From positions 131,069 to 190,344 of the forward strand of contig JBNGIO010006060.1 of the NCBI GenBank assembly GCA_049999805.1: 59,276 nt of DNA. The letters are read 5' to 3'. Within the stretch, counting starts at the first letter, position 1, and every line of letters starts with the position of its first letter. The position numbers and the translations under genes are program-made. Shown here piece after piece: positions 1 to 12,200 of the stretch. The DNA is from Folioceros fuciformis. Taxonomy: Eukaryota. The notes below the pieces were generated by a model that was not told the DNA's origin, ran no database searches, and saw nothing but the letters and a program-made list of their open reading frames with translations.

Positions 1-21
1 GCCAGCCACAGCCATGGCCAT
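1..21 (-). CDS. Probable 5' end of a gene running off the left edge (MAMAVAG...)
   Basis: The minus strand reads GCC ATG GCC ATG GCT GTG GCT GGC (good initiation context). It is preceded by a ~120-nt pyrimidine-rich leader and an AT box at ~176-183. Only 7 codons are visible. Confidence 0.3.
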
Positions 22-295
22 GGCCACGGCCGGCGGGCGCAAACAAAGAGACCAAGATATGAAAGAGCGAAAGCGGGAACAGTAGGCACGCTAGTGTATG
101 CAGTAGAAGTAGTAGTGTATGTGGAGTGTGGGGACAGTGCGGGCAGAATGGAGCACGCGAGCACGCCAGGCCGGGATATAAAACGGCGACTTGAACAGGA
201 AACGGGGCCCTCTCTTCCTTCCCCCCAGGTTGTTGCTGCTGCTGTTGCTGCGTCTTCGGCTGGCCTTGCTGCCTGGACCACAAGCCCCATCCCGT

Positions 296-320
296 CCGAG
301 CCGAGCCGAGCCGAGCCGAG
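296..320. repeat. (CCGAG)5 microsatellite
   Basis: Five perfect CCGAG copies are visible. Confidence 0.9.
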
Positions 321-555
321 TGGAGCGGAGCCGAGAGAGAGAGAGAGACAGGGGCCTGCCCAGAGTCCCGACTCCCGAGACCACAGAGGAGCAGACCGCG
401 TGCGTGCCCTTCCCCTTCCCTTCGCCTCCTCCCTTGCCATGGCTTGCTGCGTGCTGCGTTTGCTCCTTCGGCACGGGTGTGCCTATCCCGATTCCCGCAT
501 GCTGCCCCAGATTCGACGCTACCCCTGTCAGGAGGCGGAGGGGAGTAGCCTGGGG

Positions 556-625
556 CTTGCCCTTGCCCTTGCCCTTGCCCTTGCCCTTGCCCTTGCCCTT
601 GCCCTTGCCCTTGCCCTTGCCCTTG
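556..625. repeat. (CTTGCC)~11.7 hexanucleotide microsatellite
   Basis: Perfect tandem hexamer. It explains the GKGKGK, LALALA and LPLPLP ORFs in the track. Confidence 0.95.
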
Positions 626-720
626 GTCACCACACTCTTAGGTTTTGGATGGCGCATCGCGCTCTTCTCGGGAAGAGAGCTGCCCAGCGTCACAGTTGTT
701 GCGTCGGGATAACTATGCGT

Positions 721-1308
721 GTACAGTACCTAGCGCGGCTACTAATTTGTGATTAGTCACTGACCACTGACAGGACGGGCGTAATTGTTTGTATTTGGAG
801 AAGAGCACACGTGCGGCCGGCAGGGAGTGCGGCAATCCAAGTGATGCAGGCAGGCAGGACAAAAAGGGGGCGGGGCAGCTTCATTGCTTCCCAAACAAAG
901 ACTGATGCTGCATGGCATTTAATTCCGGAGCAAGCACAACCAGCCCAGCCCTGCCCTGCCCTGCCCTGCCCTAATTTTGGAAGCCCTCCTCCGAGGCCAA
1001 ACCCGAGGGGAGGAGGGGATGTGTGTTTGTACTGTACTGTACATGAACATCATGTATGTATGTATGTATGTAGGAAGATACGTATGGTATCTACAAACAG
1101 TACGTGCCCCTTTCAGAGAGGAGGAGGAGGAGAAGGGGAAAGACTGGTACAGTCTATAGAGTACAGTACGGGGTGCACCGTACATAAAGGAGGTCCTATA
1201 CTTCTTCCAACTTCTGTAAATACATAGCCCAGCTCCTTCCAGTTGCCCGGTTGCCCGGTTGCCCGGTGGCCTGGCTCAGTTGTCCCGCCTCCACGTCGAT
1301 ACTAGTAC
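721..1308. promoter_or_regulatory. Cluster of GTAC cores (CuRE/SBP-box-like sites)
   Basis: GTAC occurs at 721, 726, 1029, 1034, 1039, 1100, 1147, 1161, 1166, 1180 and 1305. GTAC is the SPL7/CRR1 binding core. Confidence 0.4.
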
Positions 1309-2252
1309 ATGTATGTATCCCACGCCAGACTTAGACTACACTAGAGTAGGCGGCACAAGAAGGCAGGCCAGGCCAGCTTTTACATGGCCCAAGTTTAGGG
1401 AGCGGCCCGCAGGGCCATACCAGCTTGGCACCTGGGAAGGAATGCCCCCACACAAGACCGTCATGATTGGGGAGGCTCTGCACCTGCACCTGCACCTGCG
1501 CCTGCACATGCAGACTGGTGACCGGCGACTGGCCCACCGGACATACCGGACACCGGACACCGGGCACCGGACACCATCCCGGGAGGAACATATCTAAAAC
1601 GCGTTCGCCATTGGGCCAAAGCGAAGGTGCTGTGCCCTGGCCCCTCGTCCTCGCTCCCTCGGCGGCGTGATCCTGGCCTGCTCCGCCCTGCCCAGGCCAG
1701 GCCAGGCCTGCCCAGGTTGGCGGCCTCCAGCCGTGGCGCCATGCTACTGGACACACACAGCTGGTCACGTGGCCCGAATCTTATCCTCCATCGCCATTCG
1801 TCCCTGCCCAAGTTGCCCTGCGTTTCTGTGGCCGTAATCTCGTTTGCCCTGCCATGTTTTGGTTTGCATGCCCGCCCGCACTATGTTTGGCACACACCGC
1901 TAATAACGTGTTAATTGAGGGAAGCGAGGGCAGTCCCCGGGGCCACGCCCATTGGCTCCGTGGCCTTGCTCCTTGCGCCTGCCTGTCATTGCACACGCCG
2001 CGTGAGGCGAAATTAGGAGAGGTGACCTGACCTCACCTCTCCTCACCTGACCTCGCCTGAGATTAGAACAAGAGGGCCAAGGCAAGCGCAAATCGCAACC
2101 TCTGCTCATCTCGCCTTCGGTAATACGGATGGATATGCACGCACTGCCCCAAGCCCAAGCCGGGAAGCCCGGTTGGCGACGCCGGACACGCCGCCCAATC
2201 ACACGCTCTTTGTCTAATCCCAGCATCAGAAGCTCCAGCGGCTCCACATGCC

Positions 2253-2281
2253 GCAGCAACAGCAGCAGCAGCAGCAGCAGC
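2253..2281. repeat. (GCA)n trinucleotide repeat
   Basis: gcagcaacagcagcagcagcagcagcagc. Confidence 0.85.
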
Positions 2282-3196
2282 TGCCATCCATATTAGGTAG
2301 TCATCAGGTGACCAACCCCAGGCTGCTGCCTGCTACCGAACCCCCGGCTGCCTGCACTTCCCTGCCCTGATCTGCCCTGCCTTTCCCTGCCCTATCCTAT
2401 CACAGCTGCACGCCTCCTGCGACCACTCATACTTTACGGCCTGCACCACCGCCCGGAAATGGGGACCGGCTCACAAATTCTGGGATGGGATGAAATGGAA
2501 TGGAATGGGATGGGAAGGCCAATCCAACCCAGGCGTCGCACCTTGCGCTTGGCAAATGGCAACCAACCCCAGGCCGCCCCCAGCCTCCCAGCAAATGACC
2601 TCACCTTGCAGCCTTCCGCAAAAATTAGAATGGAAGGCGATATAAGTGGAATCCAACCCATTCCCGGATTTCAACCCGACTACCACACCACCACCCTTCA
2701 AAAAAGCTGACCACTTTAGGACATTCCCAAACACACATCCTCCAGGGGAAGGAGCGGCACGCTCACTGGCCGGGATGCCTGCTATTAAATGCATACTCTA
2801 AATACATTCCTACCTTTCTCTCCCTCCCTCCCCTCACTGTCTCCTCACACCCATTCCTCCCCAATCGACCTCTCTGTTCGGGTTCGGGAATCGGGAATCG
2901 GGCCCGATAGGGCCGCAGAACCCGCCCAGTGTCACAGTAACACTAGTTAGCGTTAAATTGTCCAATTACGCCACACGCCATTCGCTCTCCCGCCCCTACG
3001 GCCCCACAGCGGGCTCCACATTCCACTCACTCCTGCCCCACACAAAATAAAAAAAAATTGAGTCACCAATCGGCTGCCTTGGGGGTAACTCAAGCTCGCT
3101 TGCCAGAGCTCATCCCCTCTCGGCGAGACTTACACCAAAGTGGTGCACCACCAAGGCTCCACTTTGCTGCTGTTTTTGTGCTGCCTCCGCTGCACC

Positions 3197-4585
3197 TTAG
3201 TCAAGCTTCTTGGCCTCCGCATTCGCCAACTGAGCTGCCACCTTGCTTTCGTACTCTTTCGAGTACTCGCCAGCGCTGAAGGCGTGCCGCTGGAGGACTG
3301 CGAACAATGCCATCTCCACGCACACCAGTAGGTTTTGGTACGCCTCCTCGATCTGGTTCACTTCCAACCATATGTGATCGGTGCGGATTATGTCCCCGGC
3401 GGCCAGTAGTTGCAAAACCACACCCTGCACCACATGACAAGCCCCCATTTCTGGTCACTGCCTGCTACCGCTCCACAACTAGCATCACAGGGACGGGCCT
3501 CGTCAACACCAACAGTACCTGCCAGAAGGAGAAGAATACCACACCCTTGATGCAGATGAACTTGGCCAGCGGGTTGTGCGGCGCCAACTCCTTGTGGAAC
3601 AGGTGGTAGAAAACCACCAGTGAGTACATGGCCAGGGACACTGATAAGTTCAGGCTGATGCTTATTATCCAAGTTATTGCTCCCTCATACCACCCTAGCA
3701 GCTGCAACACGATCATCACTGCAGAAAGGATCGGCCTTATGATGATGAACTGCCATGTCCACCACTGGATCAGCCTCAAGTTCTTCTGATTCAGGGGCGC
3801 TTCACGAGCCTGCCACAAATTTAATAGTGCACCACCCAGTTACCACATGCCCTCTTCACTTCAAGACCATCCCTTGCTTCACCTCCTCAACGACATCACC
3901 ACCACGGAGGGGACTCACCACAAACAGTGTAAGGGGAAAAGAGTTGTGAATCACGCGCCCCTTTATCTCATCAGGAATTATGTTTTTGCTCACCGAGATG
4001 CCCATGTAGCTGTACATGAGATACAAAAAGGCTGCAATCACCTGCCCCATGCCAACATCACACTTCACTGTCAGAAATGCACTCCCCTGCATGACGCACA
4101 TCACCTCACTCAAACCAATCACTCTCAATTCCGCCTGCATACATCCACCAAAACCTCCCAACATACGACAGAGACGGTGAGAAAACAAGCACAAATCGGC
4201 AAGCACACACACACACACACACACAGTAAACGAGCCGTGATGCAAAACACACAAAAAAACAATCAACTTCACGTTCGGGAAGGAAGGAAAAGAGGGAAAT
4301 TAAAACACGAACTATAGCCTCGTAGCACTCCTTGATGGCATCCAAAAATGTGAACAGTGCCTCGCTGCCGGTGATCTCCACCAAGCCAAAGAAGGAGTTG
4401 ACAGCGTAAATCGGGGCCATGAGCACGATCACGATAATAGCCTTCTGTTCCTGTGGATTCTTCCAGAACAGCAAGTGTTGGGACACCAGTGTCGAGGTTA
4501 GATGCAGGGAGAGCATGGTGCAAAAACCCGCCGCCGCCAGGGTGATGGTCCGCATGTCCCATTGCAAATTCTGAAACACGTCCAT
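3197..4585 (-). CDS. TMEM184/LAZ1-like (DUF300, organic solute transporter alpha family) membrane protein, 4 exons
   Basis: Exons 4585-4313, 4041-3919, 3809-3519 and 3424-3197 join in frame through GT-AG introns. Motifs: WKNPQEQKAIIVIVLMAPIYAV, IKECYEA, PLAKFICIKGVVFFSFWQG, QNLLVCVEMALF. Confidence 0.92.
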
Positions 4586-5209
4586 CTTGCCGCTCCCAAC
4601 TTCAAACAACGGATCGAGCTAACAATCCACCTCTGCCGATCAGTCCCCAGCTTGCTGCCTGCTCTTCACTACTACCCCGGCGCCTTTGTCGTGCAGCGCA
4701 ACGATTCGAGGCCGGAAGACTGAGTTATACACTCAACACTGTTAACACGGCCATGGAGCCAAGCTAGGCCTTCCACCATCCACATGGCAAACCTGGAACC
4801 CCCTTCACCTAACAGATATTCCTCTCTCTTTCTCTCAATCGCCGAATTGGAGCAAGCATCTCGGTTAACTGATATTAATCGAAGATATTTTCAAGATCGC
4901 ACTTCCGGTATGTAATACACGCTCACTTTCTCTTTCTGTCGGAAACAGATGCGCTTTGACCTTTATCGGGGAACCTCCTTTTGTTGCTTATCCTTCCTGC
5001 CTTAGCTAGCACACCATTACGAGAGGGGGGTGCAAACCGCGCCTTCTCTCCCTGCTTATCGGGTCCAACACGAGTGCCACAAGAAAAGGAGTCCATTCCC
5101 GGTACTGGATTTTTCCAAGTGCAACATAATCTCACTTCGTCAAGCTCAACTGACGTTACTTCTACATGAATGTTTATCTACAGCAAAACATGCGTGATGA
5201 AGCAGCATT

Positions 5210-6934
5210 CTATGATTCCACCATAGGCTCAGGTCCCAGAGAATCGAACGCTAATGAAGACGGTGCCAGTGCAGATGTCGGTGTCACAGAATTGAAGACA
5301 ATGTCCTTGATTACCTGGCTCAGTCACATGTCCACCGGATAAGATTAAAACAGCCACGAGATGAAAGTGCTGAACAAGGCATGACACACTGCATGGAAGG
5401 CGTGCTTGTCAGACAGCACTAACCTGTGACATCAGGCCATGCACCTGCTCAACAGTTATTTTAGAGCTATCCTTCGTGATCTTCGCCAGCTGCGACTCTT
5501 CCTGTTTAGAACAAACAACGACCCTTGAGGTTTGTAAACAGCTAGCTGCATGGCAGCCTCCCTCACAGCTGAGACCGAGGAGATAAAACCCATTCCCCGT
5601 ACCTCTTTCTTTCTCTGGGTTGGCATGAAAAAGCTACCCATGCGCCCTGAATGTGCTAGTTGGCTTTCGGCCTGTTCTAACTTCTCCGCTGCGAAACACA
5701 CCGTCACGTAAATGTCCCTTCAACAACCAGGTGGACTGACATTGCAATCTCTTACGGATAACCACGGCAACAAACTCACCTAAATCTGAAACCTGTCCAG
5801 CAGTGTAGTCTCGGTTGCCTAGGAGAGGGGAGGATGAAAGCGTGTTCACCCAGTACTTGTTCCAAAGTAGGTCCAGGAGATGAGAGTCTAAAGAGGACTT
5901 GAAGTAGGTTATGTCCAAAGGGTAATACTGTAACAACCACACGGCGAACGTCGTGCATGAGAACGCCGATCGCAACCTGCCTTCATGTGCTTGTGAAATC
6001 AGAAATGGTATATACCTGCTTGCAGTGAACTCCGAAGTCCTCAATCTTGTTCAGTGGTATCGTTTGATACTCGGAAGCAGGCTCATCTGGAGGCTTGTAA
6101 CCCTTTGGATATGTCCTAAAAGCGCCGATCTCCACTTTCCCTGCTGACACAGTTCTTGTAGGATCTATGACAACCGCCAGAAATGGATCCTGATATTGCT
6201 GGCTCGTCATTTGTGTTAACACATCGATTCCCGACAGCCAACATCCATACCCTGGATGAGAATGATACCACCCCACGACATTCTCCAGCCTCCCAACCTG
6301 CCCACACAACCAAGACAGTCCCTTGGTCAGCATCACACGCTGCTAGTGGGCTGTAACCAAGACAAGACAAAGTTTTGTGCCAGCTCTGCATGTTCATCGG
6401 CTCCTCCAGGAAGCCCCACGCGAAGCTGCATAATCTGCCAAATTGCCTCACACCATCTGTGCCCTAGTCACCTTGGCATACTTCTTGCTTCTACCAGAGC
6501 TACCAAATTGCCCCAGTCCGAGGAGAAGGAGAAGAAAAAATAGGCACCTGCTTGTTGGCCTGCGAGTACTCCACCATATACTCGTAAGCATCATCCTGCG
6601 GATTGACCCTAGTTTCCGTGCCCTCTACAGGCAACGCGAACGCATCCATGACAATTATGGTGCTGCCGTCTGTTTTGCCCTGCATGAGCCCCATGACCTC
6701 AATGGTGCCCCCTGACCGTGCATGGACGACCATCTTGAGGAGGGCCAGCGCTGAGATCTTGACGTTCTTGAAAAAGTGGGGGTCCCCGATCCACGGCTTC
6801 TGCTGCTGGATGGTGGCCTGCACTGCCTCATCGTACTCGAAAACAGCGTCCGAGTCTGCCGCGGCGGCGTCCTTGATGTTATTCTCCAGCTCCCATGTCT
6901 GCCGCGCGACTCCAGCAGAGGTGGAGGCCTCCAT
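5210..6934 (-). CDS. CSN5: COP9 signalosome subunit 5 (JAMM/MPN+ deneddylase), 6 exons
   Basis: [33 protein letters not shown] motif [51 protein letters not shown]. The C-terminus reads VIKDIVFN...PEPMVES*. Confidence 0.97.
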
Positions 6935-7712
6935 CGACCCCAAACCCCCACCACCAGACCTCAATTAACTCACAGCCTAGAAGGAGGACGCATTGAGCAC
7001 CTCCTGGTGCCCTGCCCGTAATTTCCTCGTCCTGCACAGTATCTTTGCTACCGCCTGAGGAAGCTCTGGCGACAGTCCCGGCTCCGGGGTCGTTAACGTA
7101 ACGCGCCTCACGCACACAACCCACTGTCAAGTTAACGGCTTGACCTCCTCTCTATTGTTTAAAGTTGCGCCATGTTGGCGAAACATCTTTCCCTTATCCG
7201 CATCGAGGGGCATATCTTCCCTGGCGGGCGAGCGTTTGATTTTGCGGATTGCCGAACAATTCCTGGCTGGTTGCATCCCTACACTGCTCACGTCCGGCGC
7301 AGTCGGATTCCTCTCCGGCGTCACGCGCTGCTGACACTGGGGATTTTTCACTCTTCTCTGATGTTGAAAATTGTCGAATTCATGAGCGTATTTGTAGGCG
7401 AAATTCAGTGTTGCTCCTCTCGTGCAGTCTGGCGTGCTTGCAATTCAGGGCGGGATGTAGCGAGGCTGGGCTCAGAAACTCTACAGTAGACTGATGGTTA
7501 GCTGAGATTGTTGGCTGGCATTTTGGAGCGACGGTAAGGTCCTATTCCTGTTGCGCACTTGTTTTGCTTGTGTGGATATCGTTGGTGCTTCGGATGTGTA
7601 CAAGGGATGGAGTGAGTTTAGGGCCAAGGCTCATGAGCCTCCCGTGCTGGTACAGAACAAGCAACGCGTGACGCCTGGTTGCCTCCAGGGAGGAGGGAGT
7701 TCCGTGGCAGGT

Positions 7713-8994
7713 ATGATGGCTCTCTCCATGGGCGTGAGCTGGCAGAAATTGGGGCATTGCAGAGCAGCATTCGGTGGATTTGGGGACAGGCATGGCCCTC
7801 AGGAAAGCTGTTTCTCTGTGAACCGCTCTCTGAAGCAAATAGTCCAAGCTAGGGCTTTGAGGGTGACGCTCTTAGGAAGGGGAGCTGTTATTGCTGCTAT
7901 AAAAGGCAGATCACAATCTGCATTTGTGACACCTGGCAGTAGCTTTTTCGGTTGCAATGCGTTGCGGGGGGTACTGCTGTACACACCGCTGCCTGTGCTT
8001 AAGAGCACAACTGTGTACAGGGTAGTAAGAGCTCAAGTACGGTTGGATCCAGGAGGTGGTGGACCAGATGAAAATGGAATCGGTCGAATTGTTTTCAATC
8101 TGGCCTTCGCAGGGGGATTGACTTATTTGACACTGACTGGCAAGCTAGGATGGGTTTTCGATGCGATCATCTCCCTCTGGGTGTGTTTCCTTTCTCAAAA
8201 GAGTGTGAAAGTCTCATTGTGTGAACATGGTGGGAGGAACGTTGTGTGCTCTCTACCCCAGTCTGTATTTGGCTAAGCCTTTTGCGTGATTGCCTTTCAG
8301 CTCTTAGCGGCGATTTTACCAATCGTGGGAGTTGTGGCCTTCCTATGGTTTGCCGAGCGGGAGATCGTTAGAGGGGCTGTGAGTTCCATCTTACATTACT
8401 ACTTGTGTCCCTGCTTTTTTTCTCTTGGCCCTTGCTGTCATTTTTTTGGATTCTGACCTTTCCTGCCGATCTGCAGTGCCCCAATTGTGGGAATGAGTTC
8501 CAAGTCTTCGAGTAAGGGTTGACACCTCATCTGTTCCTCGGTTTTGACGCCTGTCTGCGGTAGTTACCTGAGCAAATTGGTTGTCATAGGTTTACGGTGA
8601 AGGACGGTGACCAACGATGCCCATTTTGCAACCAACCATTCAAAGGTAGGTGCTTACATCCAAGTGTCGGAGACCAGTGTGGATGGCTTGTCCGACAGTC
8701 TCCTGCATTTTCTTTTCCTCTCTAACTTTGTTGTGCATGTGCAGTTGAAAACAAGCAGTTTGTACGAGAAGGTCCTCAATTTTCTGATCGACAACAGTAC
8801 GGTGGTTTCAATCCTTTTGGTTTTGGACGACGGAGTCCAGGCAAAGACACAAAAGGTACTAAGAGTAGCATGCTCTCTATGAGGCCCCCTTCTTCTTACT
8901 AACTAGATTTGTACGGAAGACCTGACCCAACTGTTCATCAGATCCACCTGGAGTCATTGTAGACATCGAAGCGGAGGTGAAGGACAGGGATTGA
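7713..8994 (+). CDS. Uncharacterized, probably plastid-targeted membrane protein with a CxxC...CxxC zinc ribbon (At2g44870-like), multi-exon
   Basis: Transit-peptide-like N-terminus, then hydrophobic segments (RIVFNLAFAGGLTYLTLTGKLGWVFDAIISLW|LLAAILPIVG), CPNCGNEFQVFE, RCPFCNQPFK and C-terminal VIVDIEAEVKDRD*. GT-AG introns; probable 5'UTR intron ending at 7710. Confidence 0.8.
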
Positions 8995-9281
8995 GAATTT
9001 CTCGGTTACTATTGTCTGCTTTGATGAGAAATTCTGAGTGGCCTGATGAATGGTGATCATGGCTCTTATCTACCACCTATGTAGGTAGCGTCTTTTGAAC
9101 CACGACGTGCCCTTCCGACATCCCTTTCGCCCACTGGGTTTTGCAAGGAGCTGCCTGCCCAAAGAGGCGCAGAACGTACTAGGCCTCGTTGTTTGGGACA
9201 GCATACATGGGATGATGCTCAGTGATGTCTGTTTCACTGTGAAGCTCTTCAAATCCCCACTTTCTTAGGAAACATACCCTG

Positions 9282-12200
9282 TCAACCTGCTTCACTGGAT
9301 TTGGTGTAATCTGTAGACTGCAGCGTGGATTGCGTTGGCTTGTCTGTATCAGTTACATGAATGTCGATCAAGTGATTCAAGGAGTTGGCTGCCTCGATTG
9401 GTTGGATTTCGTTTTCTGTTGAAGTTGGCTGCATGGGTTGGATTCGCTGTCCTGTTAAAGCAGGCGGTGTCTCCGTGTCTGGAGGTCTAGGGCCGAGAAT
9501 AGATACCATTGTGTCGTAGAACTGCCGTTCATCGAGTGGTTTTGTGATGTAGCCGTCCATTCCAGAATCCTCACACTTGAAACGATTGGCACCAAATACA
9601 TCAGCTGTCAACGCAACGATGGCGAGCCTGTCCAACTTGTTGGGTCGTGCTCGCGTCTTTATCCCCGTTGATCCCCCAAGTTCTCCTCGAGCCTCCAGGG
9701 CGCGGATCCTCTCGGTGGCTTCAAAGCTGTTACGAACGAAGAGAACAAGTTGTTAAGCTTGAACAGTGTCATCGCATGAACAGGAGAATTCAGAGAAATA
9801 TCTTACCCATCCATCTCAGGCATCTGGATGTCCATCAAAACCGCATCGAAGTCTCTCGACTCTTTCAACTTGTCGATGGCACGCTGGCCGCCATCTACCG
9901 CAACAGCGGCAGCTGCGTAGCGTTCGAGCATTCGTTTTGCGACAAGACGATTCACCATGTTGTCGTCCACCACCTGAAACCGGCAGTGTGGATCAGGGTA
10001 AGAAAAGGTTCGCCCCAGCGGCAGTTGGCTGCGGGATGGTATGAGNNNNNNNNNNNNNNNNNNNNNNNNNNNNNNNNNNNNNNNNNNNNNNNNNNNNNNN
10101 NNNNNNNNNNNNNNNNNNNNNNNNNNNNNNNNNNNNNNNNNNNNNCTTGACAGACACCTTCTCCAAGGTGGCTGCCCTAGATAGTGGTGGCCGTTCTTGA
10201 TGCGCAGGACTAGTTACCTGCAGACACAAACGAGTGCAGCTGATGAATCAGTGTTTCCTCTGCTGTAGATTGTGGCTCCGATAAGGTTAGAATTCTCACC
10301 TGTGCCAAGGATGCCACAAGGGTCGACACCTTAACAGGTTTGAATAACCTACTTGCAAATCCCATCTGCTCCAATTCAGAGTCTTGATGTTCAGCTTTAC
10401 AGCTAAGAAGGATCATGCAGGGTAGCTGTCCCACCTTCATATCTTCTGAAGATTTTTCTTTGGCCAAGTACCGAGCATCACCGGGCTTATGGCTCTGTAG
10501 AAACCTACCCAGCTCTAGGCCAGTGTTCTTTCCGAAGGCGTCCACATCTACCTGAATCACAGAACTGACTCAGGCCAGACTTTACTTAGCTCACCAGACC
10601 TGATGATAGAACCTCGACAACTCGTGCACAAAGTCTCTGAGCTTGAAAAACTCACGAGGATGACCTCGCATCTGCCAGCTGGAGAGCAGATCTGATTCGA
10701 ACCAGTGCTGGAAGGCTGTCCAGTTTCCGTTCTGCACGAGAAATTCAGAGAAATCGGTTTCCCGGCTCCAAGGGGCGAAAGTTCATCATCAGCGTTCGCC
10801 GATTGGCTCTGGCCCACAACTCGTGTGCGCGTTCGTGCTGGTGAAGGACACGGGCTGTGATCCCTGTAAACGTTGTCTGATGCTTCCCATGATCCCCTCG
10901 GCACATCCACGTTAAAAGAATCGGGTGTCGTTTGTTTTGAAGGCCTCCTGGATACATAAACCTGAAGGCTTTGAGCCAGACTGGCAAGGTGGTCAGGTGG
11001 GATTTCCATGTCCAGGAACCTTCGATAGTAATCACCGACAAAGTCGACAACCCGATTTGGCTCCCCCACTGAGTAACATACGATGCCCAATTTCCTGAGT
11101 AAAGTTTGCATCACCTGGAAAGCTCGCAGTCGTCATGAGAACAACATCATCTGTTGCGAAAGCATAGATACACAGCCAACGAAGGAAGAGAGACTTACAA
11201 TTCGTCGCAACGGAATGCCATCAACAAGCGCGATGGTTTTGCCCTGAATGCCAGCAAGTGCACCAGGGTCGACACCATAGTTCCTGGTCACGTCACTGGC
11301 CACTCCCTCCTTGGGGACATTCAACTTGACCACAAACTCAAATGTGGTTCCCACTCCAAGGCGAGTGACATACTTCAAATCTCCACCCATCATGTTGACC
11401 TGAAGTTGTCCTACACTCATCAGAACAACCCATCGAGCCGAATTGCAAACGCAGATTAAGCTTCCACTCTGACCACTTACAATTTGGCGAGAGATCGATA
11501 AACCGATACCGGTACCACCATACTTACGTGACGTACCGCTGTCTGCCTACAAACACAGCCCCATCAGACTCCGTCCAGGAGTCAAATCATACACCTCTAT
11601 GTTGAGAGCCATCCAAGATACCTGCATGAAAGGCTGAAATATCCGAATTTGAGCATCTGCAGCGATTCCAGTGCCGGTGTCCTCACAAACAACGAGTAAA
11701 CGCACACTCCGCTCCTGGTCAGCGGCTGGATCAGATGCAGCATGCGCCAGCAGAATATCGATGCCGCTTTGATCAGCATTCCCCGCGCCTGGATAATTGG
11801 AGCTCATGCTTGTTCTCGAGCTTTCAGTTGTGCGTATGGCACGAGGGCGCCTTGCCTTGAAGCCCTTTGGGCTCACATCACTTTTCGCACTCGTGGCTTG
11901 GCTGCTTGTTCCTTTGGGGCTCACCTCAGGACTGGCAGAACCATGCACAGCGAAGCTGTGCTCACAACGTGATCCGGGGCTCCGGCTGTAGTCCCTGGAG
12001 CCAGGAGAGGTTTTGGATCTGTTGAGAATGTAGTTCCAGCTGTTCCGACTATCGGCAGCTTCCACCCCACTCAGCGAGTCATAAAACAACAGCGTTGGGT
12101 CCCCTGTTATTGAACTTGATTCCTGAGAGTCGGTTCCGAAGGAATGGTGGAAATTTATGGGGATGTCGATGGTGACTCGAGAGACGTAATCCGAAGAGCC

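Noticed and set aside
91-756. Overlapping 170-220 aa ORFs with GKGK, LALA and LPLP runs
   Set aside because: They are artefacts of the stop-free hexamer and pentamer microsatellites in GC-rich DNA; no family motif.
2015-2060. Partial miR398-like string (tcaggtcacc) on the minus strand
   Set aside because: Part of an ACCTC/ACCTG simple repeat; no star arm.
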